A stretch of 26,000 nt of DNA, taken from UHGV virus genome UHGV-0185509. The stretch is one strand, 5' to 3'. Both the position numbers and the translations under genes were made by a program. The notes beneath the pieces were generated by a model. That model did not search any database, had not been told where the DNA came from, and saw nothing but the letters and a program-made list of their open reading frames with translations. Of the stretch, positions 8,011 to 20,538 are shown in pieces. Each line of letters starts with the position of its first letter. Position 1 is the first letter of the stretch. This DNA is from a virus.

Positions 8011-10176
8011 ATGGCCGACGAAAACAGACTCAATTCCATTCTGTGTAAGTTTGACGCAGACTGGATGGCGAGCGATGAAGCCAGAACCGAGGCGACAAAT
8101 GACCTGTATTTTAGCCGAGTGTCGCAATGGGATGACTGGCTATCAAACTACACCACCCTGCAGTATCGCGGACAATTCGATGTTGTCCGCCCGGTTGTCA
8201 GGAAGTTGGTCGCAGAGATGCGCCGGAACCCTATCGACGTTCTCTTCCGACCAAAAGACGGTGCTAATCCTGATGCTGCCGATGTGCTGATGGGGATGTA
8301 TCGTACTGATATGCGCCATAACACGGCAAAAATTGCCGTTAACGTTGGCGTTCGTGAGCAGATAGAGTCCGGCGTTGGTGCATGGCGTCTGGTCACGCAG
8401 TACGAAGACAACGATCCAACAAGCAACAATCAGGTAATCCGACGCCTGCCAATCCATGAGGCCTGCTCACACGTCATATGGGACGCAAACAGCAAGCAGA
8501 TGGATAAGAGCGACGCTAAGCACTGCACGGTGATTAACGCTTTGTCACGCAATGGCTGGAAAGAGTTCGCAGAGGATTACGGTATTGATCCTGACACGCT
8601 GCCATCTTTCCAGAATCCGAACGATACATGGCTGTTTCCGTGGGTATCGAATGATGTCGTCTACGTCGCTGAGTATTACGAGGTCGAAGAGAAGAAAGAG
8701 AAGGTCTTCATCTACCGCGACCCGCTGACAGGTGAGCCGGTCAGCTATTACCAGCAGGATATCAAAGACGTCATCGACGACCTGGCTAATCGTGGATTCA
8801 TTAAGGTAGCAGAGCGCAAGGTGAAGCGTCGGCGTGTGTATAAGTCGATCATCACCTGCACGCAGATACTGAAAGACCGCGAGAAGATAGCTGGAGAGCA
8901 TATCCCAATCGTTCCTGTGTACGGCGAATGGTCATTCGCTGGTGACAAGGAGTGCTACGAAGGAGTGGTAAGGCTGACGAAAGACGGTCAACGCCTTCGT
9001 AACATGATCATGTCGTTCAACGCCGATATCGTTGCCCGTTCACCGAAGAAGAAACCGACCTTCTTCCCTGAGCAAATCGAAGGCTACGAATACATGTACG
9101 GTGGAAATGATGACTATCCGTACTATCTGCAGAACAGGACCGATGAAAACGGTAACGACCTGCCGATTGGTCCAATCTCCTACATGGAAAACCCTGAAGT
9201 GCCGCAAGCCAACGCTTACATGCTTGAGGCTGCCACCAACGCAGTGAAAGAGGTGGCTAGTCTTGGCGTGGATGCGCAGGCGGCAAACTCTCAGGTCGCT
9301 TTCGATACCGTCAATCAACTGAACATGCGGGCAGATCTTGAGACATACGTGTTTCAGGATAACCTGGCTACCGCAATGCGACGTGATGGCGAGATTTATG
9401 CCTCAATGGTCAACGATATTTATGACGTTCCTCGTCATGTAACGCTGACACTTGAAGATGGAAGCGAGAAAGACGTTCAACTCTATGCGCAAGTTGTCGA
9501 TTATCAGTCCGGCAATGTGGTCACACTCAACGACATTCGCGGTCGCTATGAGTGCTATACGGACGTTGGGCCATCCTTCCAGAGCATGAAGGAACAGAAT
9601 CGCGCAGAGATTCAGGAGTTGCTAACCAAGGTTCCGCAAGGTACTCCAGAGTTCCAGATGCTGATGCTGCAATACTTCACGTTGCTTGACGGTAAAGGCG
9701 TCGAGATGATGCGAGAGTACGCGAACAAGCAACTGGTGATGATGGGGCTGAAGAAACCAGAAACACCTGAAGAGATGGAGATGGTGCAGCAGGCACAACA
9801 ACAGCCGCAGCAGCCATCAGCAGAGCAAATTCAGGCGCAGGGTATCCTTCTGCAAGGTCAGGCTGAATTGCTCAAGGCAGAGAACCAACAGGCGCAGATT
9901 CAGGTTGAAGCCGCCAAGGTTGAAGCCCAAAACCAACTCAACGCCGCGAAGATTGCAGAAATCTTCAACAATATGGACCTCGACAAGCAGGCAGAACTGC
10001 GTGAGTACCTCAAGCTCGTAGGTCAATTCCAGCAACAGCGCAGCAAAGATGCTCGTGCTAACGCTGAGCTGCTTCTTAAAGATGCAGACCAGACTCATTC
10101 ACAACGCATGGATTTCGCGAATCTTATGCGTCAAGTTCAAATCCCCTCCGGCGGAGTAGCCGAGACACCTCAATAA
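8011..10176 (+). CDS. gp1: portal protein (P22 gp1-type)
   Basis: 721 aa (P22 portal 725 aa); Gln/Ala-rich helical C-terminus ([18 protein letters not shown]...) typical of the P22 portal barrel; ATG immediately follows the terminase stop. Confidence 0.9.
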   Translation: MADENRLNSILCKFDADWMASDEARTEATNDLYFSRVSQWDDWLSNYTTLQYRGQFDVVRPVVRKLVAEMRRNPIDVLFRPKDGANPDAADVLMGMYRTDMRHNTAKIAVNVGVREQIESGVGAWRLVTQYEDNDPTSNNQVIRRLPIHEACSHVIWDANSKQMDKSDAKHCTVINALSRNGWKEFAEDYGIDPDTLPSFQNPNDTWLFPWVSNDVVYVAEYYEVEEKKEKVFIYRDPLTGEPVSYYQQDIKDVIDDLANRGFIKVAERKVKRRRVYKSIITCTQILKDREKIAGEHIPIVPVYGEWSFAGDKECYEGVVRLTKDGQRLRNMIMSFNADIVARSPKKKPTFFPEQIEGYEYMYGGNDDYPYYLQNRTDENGNDLPIGPISYMENPEVPQANAYMLEAATNAVKEVASLGVDAQAANSQVAFDTVNQLNMRADLETYVFQDNLATAMRRDGEIYASMVNDIYDVPRHVTLTLEDGSEKDVQLYAQVVDYQSGNVVTLNDIRGRYECYTDVGPSFQSMKEQNRAEIQELLTKVPQGTPEFQMLMLQYFTLLDGKGVEMMREYANKQLVMMGLKKPETPEEMEMVQQAQQQPQQPSAEQIQAQGILLQGQAELLKAENQQAQIQVEAAKVEAQNQLNAAKIAEIFNNMDLDKQAELREYLKLVGQFQQQRSKDARANAELLLKDADQTHSQRMDFANLMRQVQIPSGGVAETPQ

Positions 10177-10189
10177 GAGAGAGTTAATC

Positions 10190-11101
10190 ATGGACCAAAC
10201 CACCGACATTCAGGCTTCTGAAGAATTAACCCTGCCCGGCAATCATGCAGCGGCATCTGCTGATGGCTTAGTTGTCGATAATGCCAACGACAACGCAGGT
10301 CAGGAAGAAGGCTTCGAGATTGTCCTGAAAGACGATGAGAAACCGAAACAAGACCCGGCAACTAATGCTGAATTTGCCCGTCGCCGCATCGAACGCAAAC
10401 GCCAGCGTGAGCTTGAGCAGCAGATGGAAGCGGTTAAGCGTGGAGAGTTGCCGGAGCACCTGCGGGTGAACCCTGAGTTACCAAAACAACCAGACCCTAA
10501 CGATTATCTTTCCGAAGACGCACTGGCTAAGTACGACTATGACCAGAGCCGCGCACTGGCTGCCTTCCAGCAGGCAAACAGTGAATGGCAGATCAAGGCT
10601 ATGGACGCACGAAGCCAGGCTGTCGCCGAGCAGGGTCGCAAAACTCAGGAGTTCACCCAGCAATCAGCGCAATACGTCGAGGCAGCCCGTAAGCACTACG
10701 ACGCAGCGGAAAAGCTCAATATCCCTGACTATCAGGAGAAAGAGGACGCATTCATGCAACTGGTGCCGCCAGCAGTCGGCGCCGACATCATGCGCCTCTT
10801 CCCGGAGAAATCCGCTGCACTCATGTATCACCTTGGTGCTAATCCTGAGAAAACACGCCAGTTGCTGGCGATGGACGGGCAATCCGCGCTGATTGAACTC
10901 ACTCGACTGTCAGAACGTTTAACTCTCAAGCCTCGAGCCAAGCCTGTTTCAGAAGCCCCGTTACCTGATGAACCCATTCAGGGACACGCTGTTGCTGCAA
11001 ATATCTCTGCGATTGAAAAGCAGATGGAAGCGGCAGCAAACAAAGGGGATGTAGAGACATACCGCAAGCTCAAGGCGCAACTGAATAAAGGAATTCGATA
11101 A
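10190..11101 (+). CDS. gp8: scaffolding protein (P22 gp8-type)
   Basis: 303 aa, the length of P22 gp8; charged helical composition; located between portal and coat. Confidence 0.8.
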   Translation: MDQTTDIQASEELTLPGNHAAASADGLVVDNANDNAGQEEGFEIVLKDDEKPKQDPATNAEFARRRIERKRQRELEQQMEAVKRGELPEHLRVNPELPKQPDPNDYLSEDALAKYDYDQSRALAAFQQANSEWQIKAMDARSQAVAEQGRKTQEFTQQSAQYVEAARKHYDAAEKLNIPDYQEKEDAFMQLVPPAVGADIMRLFPEKSAALMYHLGANPEKTRQLLAMDGQSALIELTRLSERLTLKPRAKPVSEAPLPDEPIQGHAVAANISAIEKQMEAAANKGDVETYRKLKAQLNKGIR

Positions 11102-12396
11102 TGGCATTAAATGAAGGTCAACTGGTCACGTATGCTCTGGATGAAATCATCGAAACCGTCCAGAACCTGACGCCAATGGCGTCCAAAGTGACAAAATACA
11201 CCCCTCCGGCAGAATCCATGCAGCGTTCAAGCAACACCGTGTGGATGCCTGTTGAGCAGGAAGCGCCAACCCAGACTGGCTGGGATTTAACTGGCAACGC
11301 AACCGGGATTCTGGAACTCTCCGTGAAATGCAACATGGGCGATCCGGATAACGATTTTTTCGAGCTTCGTGCAGATGACCTGCGTGATGAGCGTTCTTAC
11401 CGTCGCCGCATCCAGGCATCCGCCAAAAAACTGGCGAATAACATTGAGTCAGCGATTGCCAAACAGGCAACTGAAATGGGCTCGCTTGTTGTTCACGATA
11501 CCCGCGCAATTGGTCCATCTACTGGCCTGTCTGGCTGGGATTTTGTGTCTGATGCAGAGCGCCTGATGTTCTCCCGTGAGCTAAACCGCGATATGGGCAT
11601 CAGTTACTTCCTGAACCCTGACGATTACCGCAAAGCAGGCCGCAACCTGGTAGATGGTGACATCTTTGGGCGCGTTCCTGAAGAAGCGTATCGCAACGGT
11701 ACTATTCAGCGTCAGATTGCTGGCTTTGATGAAATTCTTCGCTCACCGAAACTTCCGGCAGTTACCAAGTCAACCGCTACTGGTGTAACTGTGTCTGGTG
11801 CGCAGAAGTTTAAGCCGCAGGCATACACCCTTGATACCGATGGTAACAAAGAGAACGTTGACAACCGTGTTGCAACGGTGACCGTATCCTCCACCACCGG
11901 GTTTAAGCGCGGCGACAAAATCAGCTTCACTGGTGTGAAATTCCTGTCTCAGATGGCGAAGAACGTGCTAACTGATGACGCGACTTTCTCAATCACCCGT
12001 GTGATCGATGGTACTCACATCGAAATCACGCCGAAACCGATTGCACTGGATGACGCGTCACTGACAAAAGAAGAGAAGGCTTACGCTAACGTAAACACCT
12101 CTCTTGCTGATACCACTCCGGTAAACGTTCTGAACGTGGCAACAACCACCGCTAACGTGTTTTGGGCTGATGACTCAATCCGTCTGCTGTCTCAGCCGAT
12201 CCCGGTAACCCATGAACTGTTTGCTGGCATGAAAACGTCTTCCTTCAGCATTCCTGGTATTGGTGTTAACGGCATCTTCGCAACGCAGGGTGATATCAAC
12301 ACTCTGTCTGGTAAGTGCCGTATTGCTGTGTGGTATTCAGCATGTGCTGTACGACCAGAGGCAATTGGTGTTGGTCTGCCTAACCAGACTGCGTGA
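11101..12396 (+). CDS. gp5: major coat protein (P22 gp5-type)
   Basis: 430 aa plus initiator Met; aligns along its length with P22 coat as I recall it (MALNEGQ.VT...DEIIET...[21 protein letters not shown]...GVGLP.QTA). Confidence 0.95.
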   Translation: MALNEGQLVTYALDEIIETVQNLTPMASKVTKYTPPAESMQRSSNTVWMPVEQEAPTQTGWDLTGNATGILELSVKCNMGDPDNDFFELRADDLRDERSYRRRIQASAKKLANNIESAIAKQATEMGSLVVHDTRAIGPSTGLSGWDFVSDAERLMFSRELNRDMGISYFLNPDDYRKAGRNLVDGDIFGRVPEEAYRNGTIQRQIAGFDEILRSPKLPAVTKSTATGVTVSGAQKFKPQAYTLDTDGNKENVDNRVATVTVSSTTGFKRGDKISFTGVKFLSQMAKNVLTDDATFSITRVIDGTHIEITPKPIALDDASLTKEEKAYANVNTSLADTTPVNVLNVATTTANVFWADDSIRLLSQPIPVTHELFAGMKTSSFSIPGIGVNGIFATQGDINTLSGKCRIAVWYSACAVRPEAIGVGLPNQTA

Positions 12397-12404
12397 TAAC
12401 CAGA

Positions 12405-12427
12405 GGGAGCTTCGGCTCCCTTTTTTA
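12405..12427 (+). terminator. strong intrinsic terminator immediately after the coat gene
   Basis: Perfect hairpin GGGAGC-ttcg-GCTCCC followed by TTTTTT (12421-12426), 9 nt after the coat stop. Confidence 0.75.
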
Positions 12428-12440
12428 TCTGGAGACAAGC

Positions 12441-12677
12441 ATGACACACATGATCTTTCGTCATGGAGACATGAAGAAATGGAAAGGCGTTGGATACGAC
12501 TTTGAAATCGTGAAAGCCGAAGAGCTTCAGGAATATCTGGATGCTGGCTGGTTTTCACATCCTGATGACCTTTTGAAGGATGTTGCAGAGCCGGAGCCAG
12601 AGCCAGAAGAAAAACAGCGTAAAAAGCCTGGTCGAAAACCTAAGGCGGCAGCAGATGAACCTGACAACGAAGGGTGA
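12441..12677 (+). CDS. small hypothetical protein between coat and gp4
   Basis: 78-aa ORF from ATG 12441 preceded by GGAGA; acidic PEPEPE linker and basic tail; overlaps the gp4 start by 23 nt in another frame; existence uncertain. Confidence 0.35.
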   Translation: MTHMIFRHGDMKKWKGVGYDFEIVKAEELQEYLDAGWFSHPDDLLKDVAEPEPEPEEKQRKKPGRKPKAAADEPDNEG

Positions 12678-13155
12678 TTTAGTTCTTGCGGCATTACGTA
12701 AGCTCGGTGTGGCATCAAATGCCACGTTAACCGATGTCGAACCGCAGTCTATGGAAGACGGCGTCAACGACCTTGAAATGATGATGGCTGAATGGCTTGG
12801 CGGTGATGCGTCACCTGGGATCAACGTTGGCTACATTTTTGCTGATGCAGATGTCGCTCCAGATCCGGGCGATGAGCACGGCTTATCAAATAACGCTATA
12901 AATGCCGTCATTTTCAACCTTGCCTGCCGCATTGCTCCAGATTATGCGCTGGAAGCGTCTGCAAAACTTATAACCACTGCCAGATACGGGAAAGAGCGAC
13001 TCGTCAAACTGTCTGCAATGGACAGAGCAAAAGCCGCTAAATGTAAGTCCGGTTATCCAAACCGTATGCCTGTTGGTAGTGGTAACCAGTTGGCGAAGTG
13101 GAACGGTTGGAATTACTTCCAGCGAAAGGAACCTTGCGATAACGGGAGCGAATAA
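12655..13155 (+). CDS. gp4: head completion / portal-plug protein (P22 gp4-type)
   Basis: Start placed at internal ATG 12655 to give 166 aa, the P22 gp4 length; [27 protein letters not shown]...[13 protein letters not shown] matches P22 gp4 as I recall it. Confidence 0.85.
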   Translation: MNLTTKGDLVLAALRKLGVASNATLTDVEPQSMEDGVNDLEMMMAEWLGGDASPGINVGYIFADADVAPDPGDEHGLSNNAINAVIFNLACRIAPDYALEASAKLITTARYGKERLVKLSAMDRAKAAKCKSGYPNRMPVGSGNQLAKWNGWNYFQRKEPCDNGSE

Positions 13156-14573
13156 TGCCGATTCAGCAACTTCCGCTTATGAAAGGTGTCGGCAAAGACT
13201 TTAGAAACGCTGACTATATCGACTATCTGCCAGTGAATATGTTGGCTACACCCAAAGAAATACTCAACAGCAGCGGATATCTTCGCTCATTCCCGGGCAT
13301 TGCCAAACGTTCTGATGTGAATGGTGTATCGCGCGGCGTCGAGTACAACATGGCGCAGAATGCTGTTTATCGCGTATGTGGTGGCAAGCTGTACAAAGGA
13401 GAAAGCGAGGTCGGTGATGTTGCCGGAAGTGGTCGCGTATCAATGGCGCATGGTCGGACATCACAGGCTGTAGGCGTTAATGGTCAACTGGTCGAATACC
13501 GCTATGATGGCACGGTTAAAACCGTCTCAAACTGGCCTACAGACAGCGGATTCACGCAGTATGAGTTAGGTTCGGTCCGTGACATTACGCGCTTACGTGG
13601 GCGTTATGCGTGGTCAAAAGACGGTACTGATTCATGGTTTATCACTGACCTTGAAGACGAATCGCATCCTGACCGCAACAGCGCACAATATCGTGCCGAG
13701 TCGCAGCCTGACGGAATCATCGGAATCGGAACATGGCGAGACTTCATTGTCTGCTTTGGTTCATCGACGATTGAATATTTCTCCCTGACTGGTGCAACCA
13801 CTGTTGGTGCCGCGTTGTATGTCGCACAGCCATCGCTGATGGTGCAAAAAGGCATCGCCGGAACTTACTGCAAAACGCCGTTTGCTGATTCCTATGCGTT
13901 TATCAGCAATCCGGCAACAGGTGCGCCGTCTGTGTATATCATCGGCTCCGGTCAGGTATCACCAATCGCCAGCGCGAGCATTGAGAAAATACTACGCTCC
14001 TACACTGCTGATGAACTGGCTGATGGCGTGATGGAATCGCTGCGGTTTGATGCGCATGAGTTGCTGATTATCCATCTCCCGCGCCATGTTCTTGTTTACG
14101 ACGCATCTTCAAGCGCTAATGGTCCGCAATGGTGTGTGCTGAAAACAGGCCTGTATGACGATGTGTACCGCGCTATCGACTTCATTTACGAAGGCAATCA
14201 GATAACGTGCGGCGATAAGCTGGAATCTGTTACCGGGAAACTGCAATTCGACATCAGCAGCCAGTACGACAAGCAACAGGAACACCTGCTGTTTACTCCG
14301 TTGTTCAAAGCAGATAACGCCAGAGTTTTCGACCTTGAAGTTGAATCTTCAACTGGCGTTGCGCAGTACGCCGACCGCCTTTTTCTCTCTGCAACAACTG
14401 ACGGCATCAATTACGGACGTGAGCAGATGATTGAGCAGAATGAACCGTTCGTTTACGACAAACGCGTTTTGTGGAAGCGTGTCGGGCGAATCAGGAAAAA
14501 TGTCGGCTTCAAACTTCGCGTTATCACGAAGTCACCTGTAACTCTGTCTGGCGTTCAGATAAGGATTGAGTAA
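13155..14573 (+). CDS. gp10: tail hub protein (P22 gp10-type)
   Basis: 472 aa, the P22 gp10 length; conserved position; ATG overlaps gp4 stop (TAATG) with GGGAG upstream. Confidence 0.85.
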   Translation: MPIQQLPLMKGVGKDFRNADYIDYLPVNMLATPKEILNSSGYLRSFPGIAKRSDVNGVSRGVEYNMAQNAVYRVCGGKLYKGESEVGDVAGSGRVSMAHGRTSQAVGVNGQLVEYRYDGTVKTVSNWPTDSGFTQYELGSVRDITRLRGRYAWSKDGTDSWFITDLEDESHPDRNSAQYRAESQPDGIIGIGTWRDFIVCFGSSTIEYFSLTGATTVGAALYVAQPSLMVQKGIAGTYCKTPFADSYAFISNPATGAPSVYIIGSGQVSPIASASIEKILRSYTADELADGVMESLRFDAHELLIIHLPRHVLVYDASSSANGPQWCVLKTGLYDDVYRAIDFIYEGNQITCGDKLESVTGKLQFDISSQYDKQQEHLLFTPLFKADNARVFDLEVESSTGVAQYADRLFLSATTDGINYGREQMIEQNEPFVYDKRVLWKRVGRIRKNVGFKLRVITKSPVTLSGVQIRIE

Positions 14574-15274
14574 TGGCGGATTCATCACTGAATAATCCTG
14601 TCGCGGTTCAGGCTACGCGCCTTGATGCTTCAATTTTGCCACGCAATATATTCAGCCAGTCTTACCTGTTGTATGTCATTAATCAGGGGGCTGATGTCGG
14701 CGCAATTGCCGGGAAGGCAAATCAGGCTGGTCAGGGCGCTTACGATGCCCAGGTAAAAAACGATGAACAGGACGTAGAACTGGCTGATCACGACGCAAGA
14801 ATCACCGCAAACACAAAAGCGATAAATCTCCTTGAGGTCAGGTTAACAACCGCCGAAGGGAAGATAGTCGTACTGCGTAGCGATGTTGATTACTTGCTGG
14901 ATGAGGTTATCGATATTCAGGCGCATTTGGTCACAGTAGATGGAAAACTGCATGGCGTAGAAAACGATGTCTCTGGTATTAAGGCTGATTACGTATCGAA
15001 GTCAGCAACGGATGCGCAATCACTGTCGTCCGCCCTCAACGTGACGACATCATATGCAGTTAACGGAACTCAGGTTGTAGGTTCAAGAAAGACAGGATGG
15101 ACTGCTGCAATAGGAACTCCATATAGGGGTTATTTTAATGCTGACTCTGTAATGCCTGTTGGTGCAACATACAGTCAGTCAGAAGTTCAGGCAATAGCAA
15201 ACAACTTGCAGGTAACTCTAAGGCGTCTAAAAGCCCTTGAGGACGATGTGAGATTACATGGGCTGATTGACTGA
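14573..15274 (+). CDS. gp26: tail needle protein (P22 gp26-type)
   Basis: 233 aa, the P22 gp26 length; central heptad-like helical region; ATG overlaps gp10 stop. Confidence 0.8.
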   Translation: MADSSLNNPVAVQATRLDASILPRNIFSQSYLLYVINQGADVGAIAGKANQAGQGAYDAQVKNDEQDVELADHDARITANTKAINLLEVRLTTAEGKIVVLRSDVDYLLDEVIDIQAHLVTVDGKLHGVENDVSGIKADYVSKSATDAQSLSSALNVTTSYAVNGTQVVGSRKTGWTAAIGTPYRGYFNADSVMPVGATYSQSEVQAIANNLQVTLRRLKALEDDVRLHGLID

Positions 15275-15729
15275 TGATTGCATTCAAACCAACGCGAAAC
15301 ATCGACCTGATAGAAGCAGTCGGAAATCACCCTGACATTATCGCCGGGAGCAATAACGGTGATGGGTACGACTACAAACCTGAATGCCGTTACTTTGAAG
15401 TGAATGTGCACGGGCAGTTCGGCGGCATTGTTTACTATCAGGAGATTCAGCCTCTGACATTCGATTGCCACGCCATGTACCTGCCAGAGGTTCGCGGATT
15501 CAGCAAGGAAATCGGGCTGGCTTTCTGGCGATACATTCTGACTAACACCACCGTTCAGTGCGTCACATCGTTCGCTGCGCGCAAATTCCGCCACGGTCAG
15601 ATGTACTGCGCAATGATTGGCCTTAAGCGTGTAGGAACCATCAAGAAATACTTCAAAGGCGTGGATGACGTGACGTTTTACAGCGCCACACGCGAAGAAC
15701 TAATCGACTTCCTGAATCACGGGAGATAG
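15274..15729 (+). CDS. gp14: head/ejection-associated protein (P22 gp14-type by position)
   Basis: 151-aa ORF in the gp14 position between needle and gp7; start overlaps gp26 stop; assignment mainly by synteny. Confidence 0.6.
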   Translation: MIAFKPTRNIDLIEAVGNHPDIIAGSNNGDGYDYKPECRYFEVNVHGQFGGIVYYQEIQPLTFDCHAMYLPEVRGFSKEIGLAFWRYILTNTTVQCVTSFAARKFRHGQMYCAMIGLKRVGTIKKYFKGVDDVTFYSATREELIDFLNHGR

Positions 15730-15731
15730 CC

Positions 15732-16424
15732 ATGTTATATGCATTTAAGCTGGGCAGAAAACTGCGCGGCGAGGAACCTTATTGCCCTGAAAAAGGCGGA
15801 AAAGGTGGCAGTTCTGATAAAAGTGCAAAGTATGCCGCAGAAGCTCAGAAGTATGCCGCAGACCTGCAAAATCAACAGTGGCAGACGATCATGAAAAACC
15901 TTGCTCCGTTCACGCCGCTTGCGGAGCAGTATGTTAACCAGCTTCAGAACCTTTCCAGTTTAGAAGGACAGGGGCAGGCACTTAATCAGTATTACAACTC
16001 TCAGCAGTATAAAGACTTGGCAGGTCAGGCTCGCTACCAGAATCTTGCTGCTGCGGAGGCGACGGGGGGACTTGGTTCGACAGCCACAAGCAATCAACTG
16101 GCTACGATTGCTCCGACTCTCGGTCAGTCGTGGTTATCAAACCAGATGAGCAACTACAACAATCTGGCAAACATTGGCCTTGGTGCGCTGCAAGGTCAGG
16201 CGAACGCCGGGCAGACATACGCCAACAACATGAGCAGCATTGCACAGCAAAGCGCAGCACTTGCCGCTGCTAATGCCAATAAACCATCAAGTCTTCAGAC
16301 TGCAATTAGCGGTGGCACGTCTGGTGCGATTGCCGGTGCAGGTCTTGCCAGCCTTTTGGGAACATCAACACCTTGGGGCGCTGGCATTGGTGCTGGTATC
16401 GGATTGCTTGGCTCGTTGTTTTAA
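15732..16424 (+). CDS. gp7: ejection (internal virion) protein, P22 gp7-type
   Basis: 230 aa (P22 gp7 229 aa); N-terminus MLYAFKLGRKLRGEEPYCPEKGGKGGSS matches P22 gp7 as I recall it; Gly/Ala-rich C-terminus. Confidence 0.85.
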   Translation: MLYAFKLGRKLRGEEPYCPEKGGKGGSSDKSAKYAAEAQKYAADLQNQQWQTIMKNLAPFTPLAEQYVNQLQNLSSLEGQGQALNQYYNSQQYKDLAGQARYQNLAAAEATGGLGSTATSNQLATIAPTLGQSWLSNQMSNYNNLANIGLGALQGQANAGQTYANNMSSIAQQSAALAAANANKPSSLQTAISGGTSGAIAGAGLASLLGTSTPWGAGIGAGIGLLGSLF

Positions 16425-16433
16425 GGGGTAATC

Positions 16434-17822
16434 ATGGCTACTTGGCAAGGAACAAATGGCGGATTGTTGGCTGGTATCGGCGGCGTCAACTCAAACGCTC
16501 CGAGCGTAAATGACATCGGCAATACGCTTCAGCTTATCAGGCAGAACAATGATATTGAGCGTTCAGGCGCTAACAATGTTGGGCTGACTGCTTTGCAAGG
16601 CCTTTCAGGTATTGCGGGGGTGTTTCAGCAGGAGAAGCAGGCTCAGCGGCAGAAAGAATTTCAGCAGGCGTACGCTAATGCTTATGCGTCTGGTGATCGC
16701 GGTGCTTTGCGTCAGTTGGCTACTCAATATCCAGACCAGATTGAATCCGTTCGTAAAGGCATGGGATTCATTGATGAAGACCAGCGTAATTCTATCGGCA
16801 CCTTAGCGGCTGGCGCACGCCTTGCGTCATCGTCTCCAGAAGCAATGCAATCATGGCTGCAAAACAACGCCAAGGAACTGAATCGCGTCGGTGTTGACCC
16901 TAATAACGTTGCTCAGATGTATCAGCAGAATCCTTCAGGATTTGGTGAGTTTGTTGATCACCTTGGAATGGCTGCTCTTGGTCCGATTGATTACTTCAAT
17001 GTTCAGGACAAGATGGCTGGTCGTGAGATTGATCGCGGAAAACTTGCAGAGACAATCCGCAGCAATCAGGCTGGCGAGGCGCTAACAGCACGAGGCCAGA
17101 ACATCACGATGCGCGGTCAGGACTTATCTGCTTCTACTGCGCGACGAGGTCAGGATTTGGCAATGCAGCGAGCGTCAACAAGAGGAATCGCTGGGAATGA
17201 TGAGCGTACAGTTCAGTTATCAGATGGCAGAACTGTAACGGTAGGCGGGAAGCTTCACGGCGCTGGGGCTAATGCGTTCTACGAAGGCATCGACAACGAG
17301 GGGAATATGGTTCGCGTTCCTGCCAGTTCAATCGCAGCGCCTGCAACATCGTCTGCATCAGCACAAAACTATGCCATGAAGAAGGATATCGACGCGATCG
17401 CAAATGCAGACGCTTCTGCTCTCGATTTCATGACAGGAATGACAGGCGGTGCAGGTAATCCAGCAATTGGTGCTGATGTTCGTAGCCGATTAACAGGAAA
17501 AGAGCAGCGCCAGTTATATAACTCAGCACAACGTATTCAGGGCAGAATGCAGAATCAGGGTGTGGCGGCAGCAAGGGACATGGGTGCCAGTGGTATTAAC
17601 ACCGTTGCAGAAGCGAAGATGTATTTTCAGGGGATGCCGCAGGTTGACTATTCAAGCCCGGAGGCTATGCAGCAGTCGATTCGTGAAATTCAGGAATACA
17701 CCAACAATTACAACCAACAATATAACGTTAATGTTGGTAAATCTCAGCGGAAGCAATCTCAACCTGCACAGGTATCACAGCCAGCAGCCAGCAGTAACTT
17801 TTCTTCACTATGGGGTGATTAA
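16434..17822 (+). CDS. gp20: ejection (internal virion) protein, P22 gp20-type
   Basis: 462 aa (P22 gp20 about 471 aa); conserved position; Gln/Ala-rich low-complexity composition typical of ejection proteins. Confidence 0.75.
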   Translation: MATWQGTNGGLLAGIGGVNSNAPSVNDIGNTLQLIRQNNDIERSGANNVGLTALQGLSGIAGVFQQEKQAQRQKEFQQAYANAYASGDRGALRQLATQYPDQIESVRKGMGFIDEDQRNSIGTLAAGARLASSSPEAMQSWLQNNAKELNRVGVDPNNVAQMYQQNPSGFGEFVDHLGMAALGPIDYFNVQDKMAGREIDRGKLAETIRSNQAGEALTARGQNITMRGQDLSASTARRGQDLAMQRASTRGIAGNDERTVQLSDGRTVTVGGKLHGAGANAFYEGIDNEGNMVRVPASSIAAPATSSASAQNYAMKKDIDAIANADASALDFMTGMTGGAGNPAIGADVRSRLTGKEQRQLYNSAQRIQGRMQNQGVAAARDMGASGINTVAEAKMYFQGMPQVDYSSPEAMQQSIREIQEYTNNYNQQYNVNVGKSQRKQSQPAQVSQPAASSNFSSLWGD

Positions 17823-20125
17823 TGGCTAAAGCATGGAAAGATGTTATCGCCTCTCCACAGTATCAGGCGTTAGCACCAGAACAAAAAGCGCAGGCTCAGG
17901 AGCAATACTTCAATGAAGTCGTGGCCCCGCAAGCCGGAGAAAATGCAGATCAGGCTAAGCAAGCTTTCTATGATGCCTATCCATTGCCTTCAATGCAGAC
18001 AGAACAGCAGGAAGTAGGGCAATCTCCTGATACCATTCAGCAAGACAAATCACTTATGCAGCGTGCAGGAGAATGGCTAACAGGTGGTCAAAGTGCAGGG
18101 CAAATTGCAGAACAGTCTGGTCGTGGTCTGGTAAACATACCATTTGACGTATTGCAGGGTGGCGCAAGTCTGATTAATGCAATCAGTCAGGGGCTTGGGG
18201 GGCCAAAAGTATTGGATGATGTTTATCGTCCAGTAGACAGACCGACAGACCCCTACGCGCAAGCTGGAGAGTCAATAGGCGGTTATCTTGTTCCTGGAGC
18301 AGGTGTAGCTGGAAACATGGTCATTGGTTCTCTCGCTGACGCGGCGAATCAACGGGGTGATTTTGCCGAAAATGCCGCTATTAATGCCGGACTTAACATT
18401 GCTACGCATGGCCTGATAAATGGCGTTACCCGTGGTGTTCGTGGCGCATCAAATATAATTAGTGGCAATAAAACATCTGCACAGAGAGCGACCACTGCGC
18501 TAACAGAAACATCACCATTCTCCGGTGATGCCGCTGCAGCAACAAATCCTGCGGTTCATGCCGCAGAGGCAAGAGTAGCACAAGGTGTACCAATGACGCC
18601 TGCGACGAGGAACCCAGAGGAAGTCGTTCGCACAGTAGCAGCACAAAAAAGGCCAAATCTCGCTTCATCGCTTGATGAACTAGATATCAATCCTCAGGCT
18701 GAAGTTCTGGAGTCTGCTGAAAGGCTTAATGTTGATTCATTACTCCCTTCACACTTTTCCGGGAACGAGCAATACAAGGCAGTTGAGCAAGCAATCAAGT
18801 CCCGTGCGGGTTCTGCTCTACAGGTGCAGGAAAATGAAGCAATCAGGCAGCTAGCACAGGGCGCGGGGGAGATAATTGATCGCGTTTCCGGTGCAAAAGA
18901 TGCTCTTGGTATGAGCGACAAGTTTATTGATACGGTCAATGGAAGAATGTCTGCGCTGATGAAACGAAGCGACCAGCTTTATCGCAATGTTGAAAAGGCG
19001 ATGCCTGCAGGTGCAAAAATTGATGCGCCATCAACAAGGTCAATGCTCAAACAGGTGGCAGAAGATCTTGGCGGGATGAAAAACCTTGACCCTATTGAAA
19101 AGAGAGTCTTTCGGGCAGTTAATCCAGGCAAGAACGGCGCATTAACTTATGCAAATCTCAATAAGCAACGACGACTTGTTGGTGATGCACTTCATAAGAA
19201 TTCTGGACCATATAAAGATGCTGATCGCGCTGCTTTATCGAGGCTTTACGGTTCGCTCGCCGATGATCAAAAGGCGGCGCTGTCAGAGACAAATGCATTA
19301 CGTGATTTTGAAGTTGCTCAGAGGCTTGTTCAGATGCGAAAAAGCATGGAAGAGCAAATGATTAATCTAACTGGCAGAACGCTGAACGGTGATGTTTCTC
19401 GCAAAGCAACTACAGCACTACAGGCAATGTCGAAAGGCGATGCCAAAGGATTTCGTGAATTGATGCAAAACACGCCGTCCAGGAAGCTAAGAACCGAGCT
19501 ACTGGGAACAGGTCTTCGGGATATGCTTTCGAACGGAAAACGTGGCGCTGATTTTAATCCTGCAGGGTTTGCTGACTGGTATCAAAACATGTTAGCAAAC
19601 GGGCAGATGCGCAATCTTGCCCGACATTTACCAAAAGAGACTATGTCAGGTCTGAACGATGTATATAAGGTCGCAAAGGCTATCAAAGACGCAAAATCTT
19701 ACGAGATAACTACAGGAAGACTAAACGAGTTCGTAAAACGGTTTAATCGCGTCACTGCGGCAAATGAATTTGTTGCTAACCATGCCCAACGCATTGGCAC
19801 TGCGGTTGGTTCAACTGTGTCAGGACCGTTTAGTGCAGTAGGTGCTGTTGCTGGGTCAGAAATTGGGGCAAAAGTCGCCAGCAAAATCAGGGCGATGGGC
19901 GGCGCTGAATCAATTGAATCTGCAGAAAAGCTAATTAGCTCACCAGAATTCCAGAAAGCAGCAAGGCTGGCAGTAAAACAAGCACCAGAAAGCATCGTTG
20001 ATACAACTGTAAGACGCTCTTCTGCTTGGCGCTCGTTTTACAACTCACTTCCAGAATCAGATAAGAAAACCATATCAAGGCTAGGCATCATGTACTGGAT
20101 GAACAGTGATGATAACCAGAAGTAA
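17822..20125 (+). CDS. gp16: ejection (internal virion) protein, P22 gp16-type, unusually long
   Basis: 767-aa ORF in the gp16 position (P22 gp16 about 609 aa from memory); start overlaps gp20 stop; assignment by synteny and composition. Confidence 0.7.
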   Translation: MAKAWKDVIASPQYQALAPEQKAQAQEQYFNEVVAPQAGENADQAKQAFYDAYPLPSMQTEQQEVGQSPDTIQQDKSLMQRAGEWLTGGQSAGQIAEQSGRGLVNIPFDVLQGGASLINAISQGLGGPKVLDDVYRPVDRPTDPYAQAGESIGGYLVPGAGVAGNMVIGSLADAANQRGDFAENAAINAGLNIATHGLINGVTRGVRGASNIISGNKTSAQRATTALTETSPFSGDAAAATNPAVHAAEARVAQGVPMTPATRNPEEVVRTVAAQKRPNLASSLDELDINPQAEVLESAERLNVDSLLPSHFSGNEQYKAVEQAIKSRAGSALQVQENEAIRQLAQGAGEIIDRVSGAKDALGMSDKFIDTVNGRMSALMKRSDQLYRNVEKAMPAGAKIDAPSTRSMLKQVAEDLGGMKNLDPIEKRVFRAVNPGKNGALTYANLNKQRRLVGDALHKNSGPYKDADRAALSRLYGSLADDQKAALSETNALRDFEVAQRLVQMRKSMEEQMINLTGRTLNGDVSRKATTALQAMSKGDAKGFRELMQNTPSRKLRTELLGTGLRDMLSNGKRGADFNPAGFADWYQNMLANGQMRNLARHLPKETMSGLNDVYKVAKAIKDAKSYEITTGRLNEFVKRFNRVTAANEFVANHAQRIGTAVGSTVSGPFSAVGAVAGSEIGAKVASKIRAMGGAESIESAEKLISSPEFQKAARLAVKQAPESIVDTTVRRSSAWRSFYNSLPESDKKTISRLGIMYWMNSDDNQK

Positions 20126-20142
20126 CGGAAAGCCACGGATGG

Positions 20143-20403
20143 TTAGTTGCTGTCTTTTTTATATAAATCTCTGAGCGTATCAAAGACAATTTTCTTTACC
20201 ATATCAGATTGTTGTTCTGCCATACGCTCTGCATCGTCAATGTAAACAGATGCAGAGCTTTGTTTAGCCAATGATTCTTCAATCGCTGCAATTATCTCTG
20301 AGTTCAGCGACCTGTTATTCATCTTCGCACGCTGTTTAATTTTCGCGTGAAGCTCATGCGGAAGTCTCAAGTGAAACTGCGCCTCGTCGTATTTGCTGTA
20401 CAT
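20143..20403 (-). CDS. mnt: Mnt-like ribbon-helix-helix repressor (Arc/Mnt family)
   Basis: C-terminal region (NDAERMAEQQSDMVKKIVFDTLRDLYKK) and N-terminal RHH strand (FHLRLPHELHAKIKQRAKMNNRSLNSEI) match P22 Mnt as I recall it; start placed at the ATG giving 86 aa with an AAGGA Shine-Dalgarno; the ORF track extends it to a TTG at 20487. Confidence 0.8.
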   Translation of the reverse strand: MYSKYDEAQFHLRLPHELHAKIKQRAKMNNRSLNSEIIAAIEESLAKQSSASVYIDDAERMAEQQSDMVKKIVFDTLRDLYKKDSN

Positions 20404-20538
20404 CCTTGATGCCTCACCAAATGGGTGGAATGGCATCGTAAAACCTACTGTACAAATCAACAATAGTACCGTTTCGGTATGTAACAAATGCCAACCGTAG
20501 CCATGCTGCGGCGATTCCTTGTATCTGGAGCAAATTAA

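Noticed and set aside
6614-10098. Numerous 60-120 aa ORFs on both strands inside terminase and portal
   Set aside because: All nested within long genes matching P22 gene lengths and order; no independent support.
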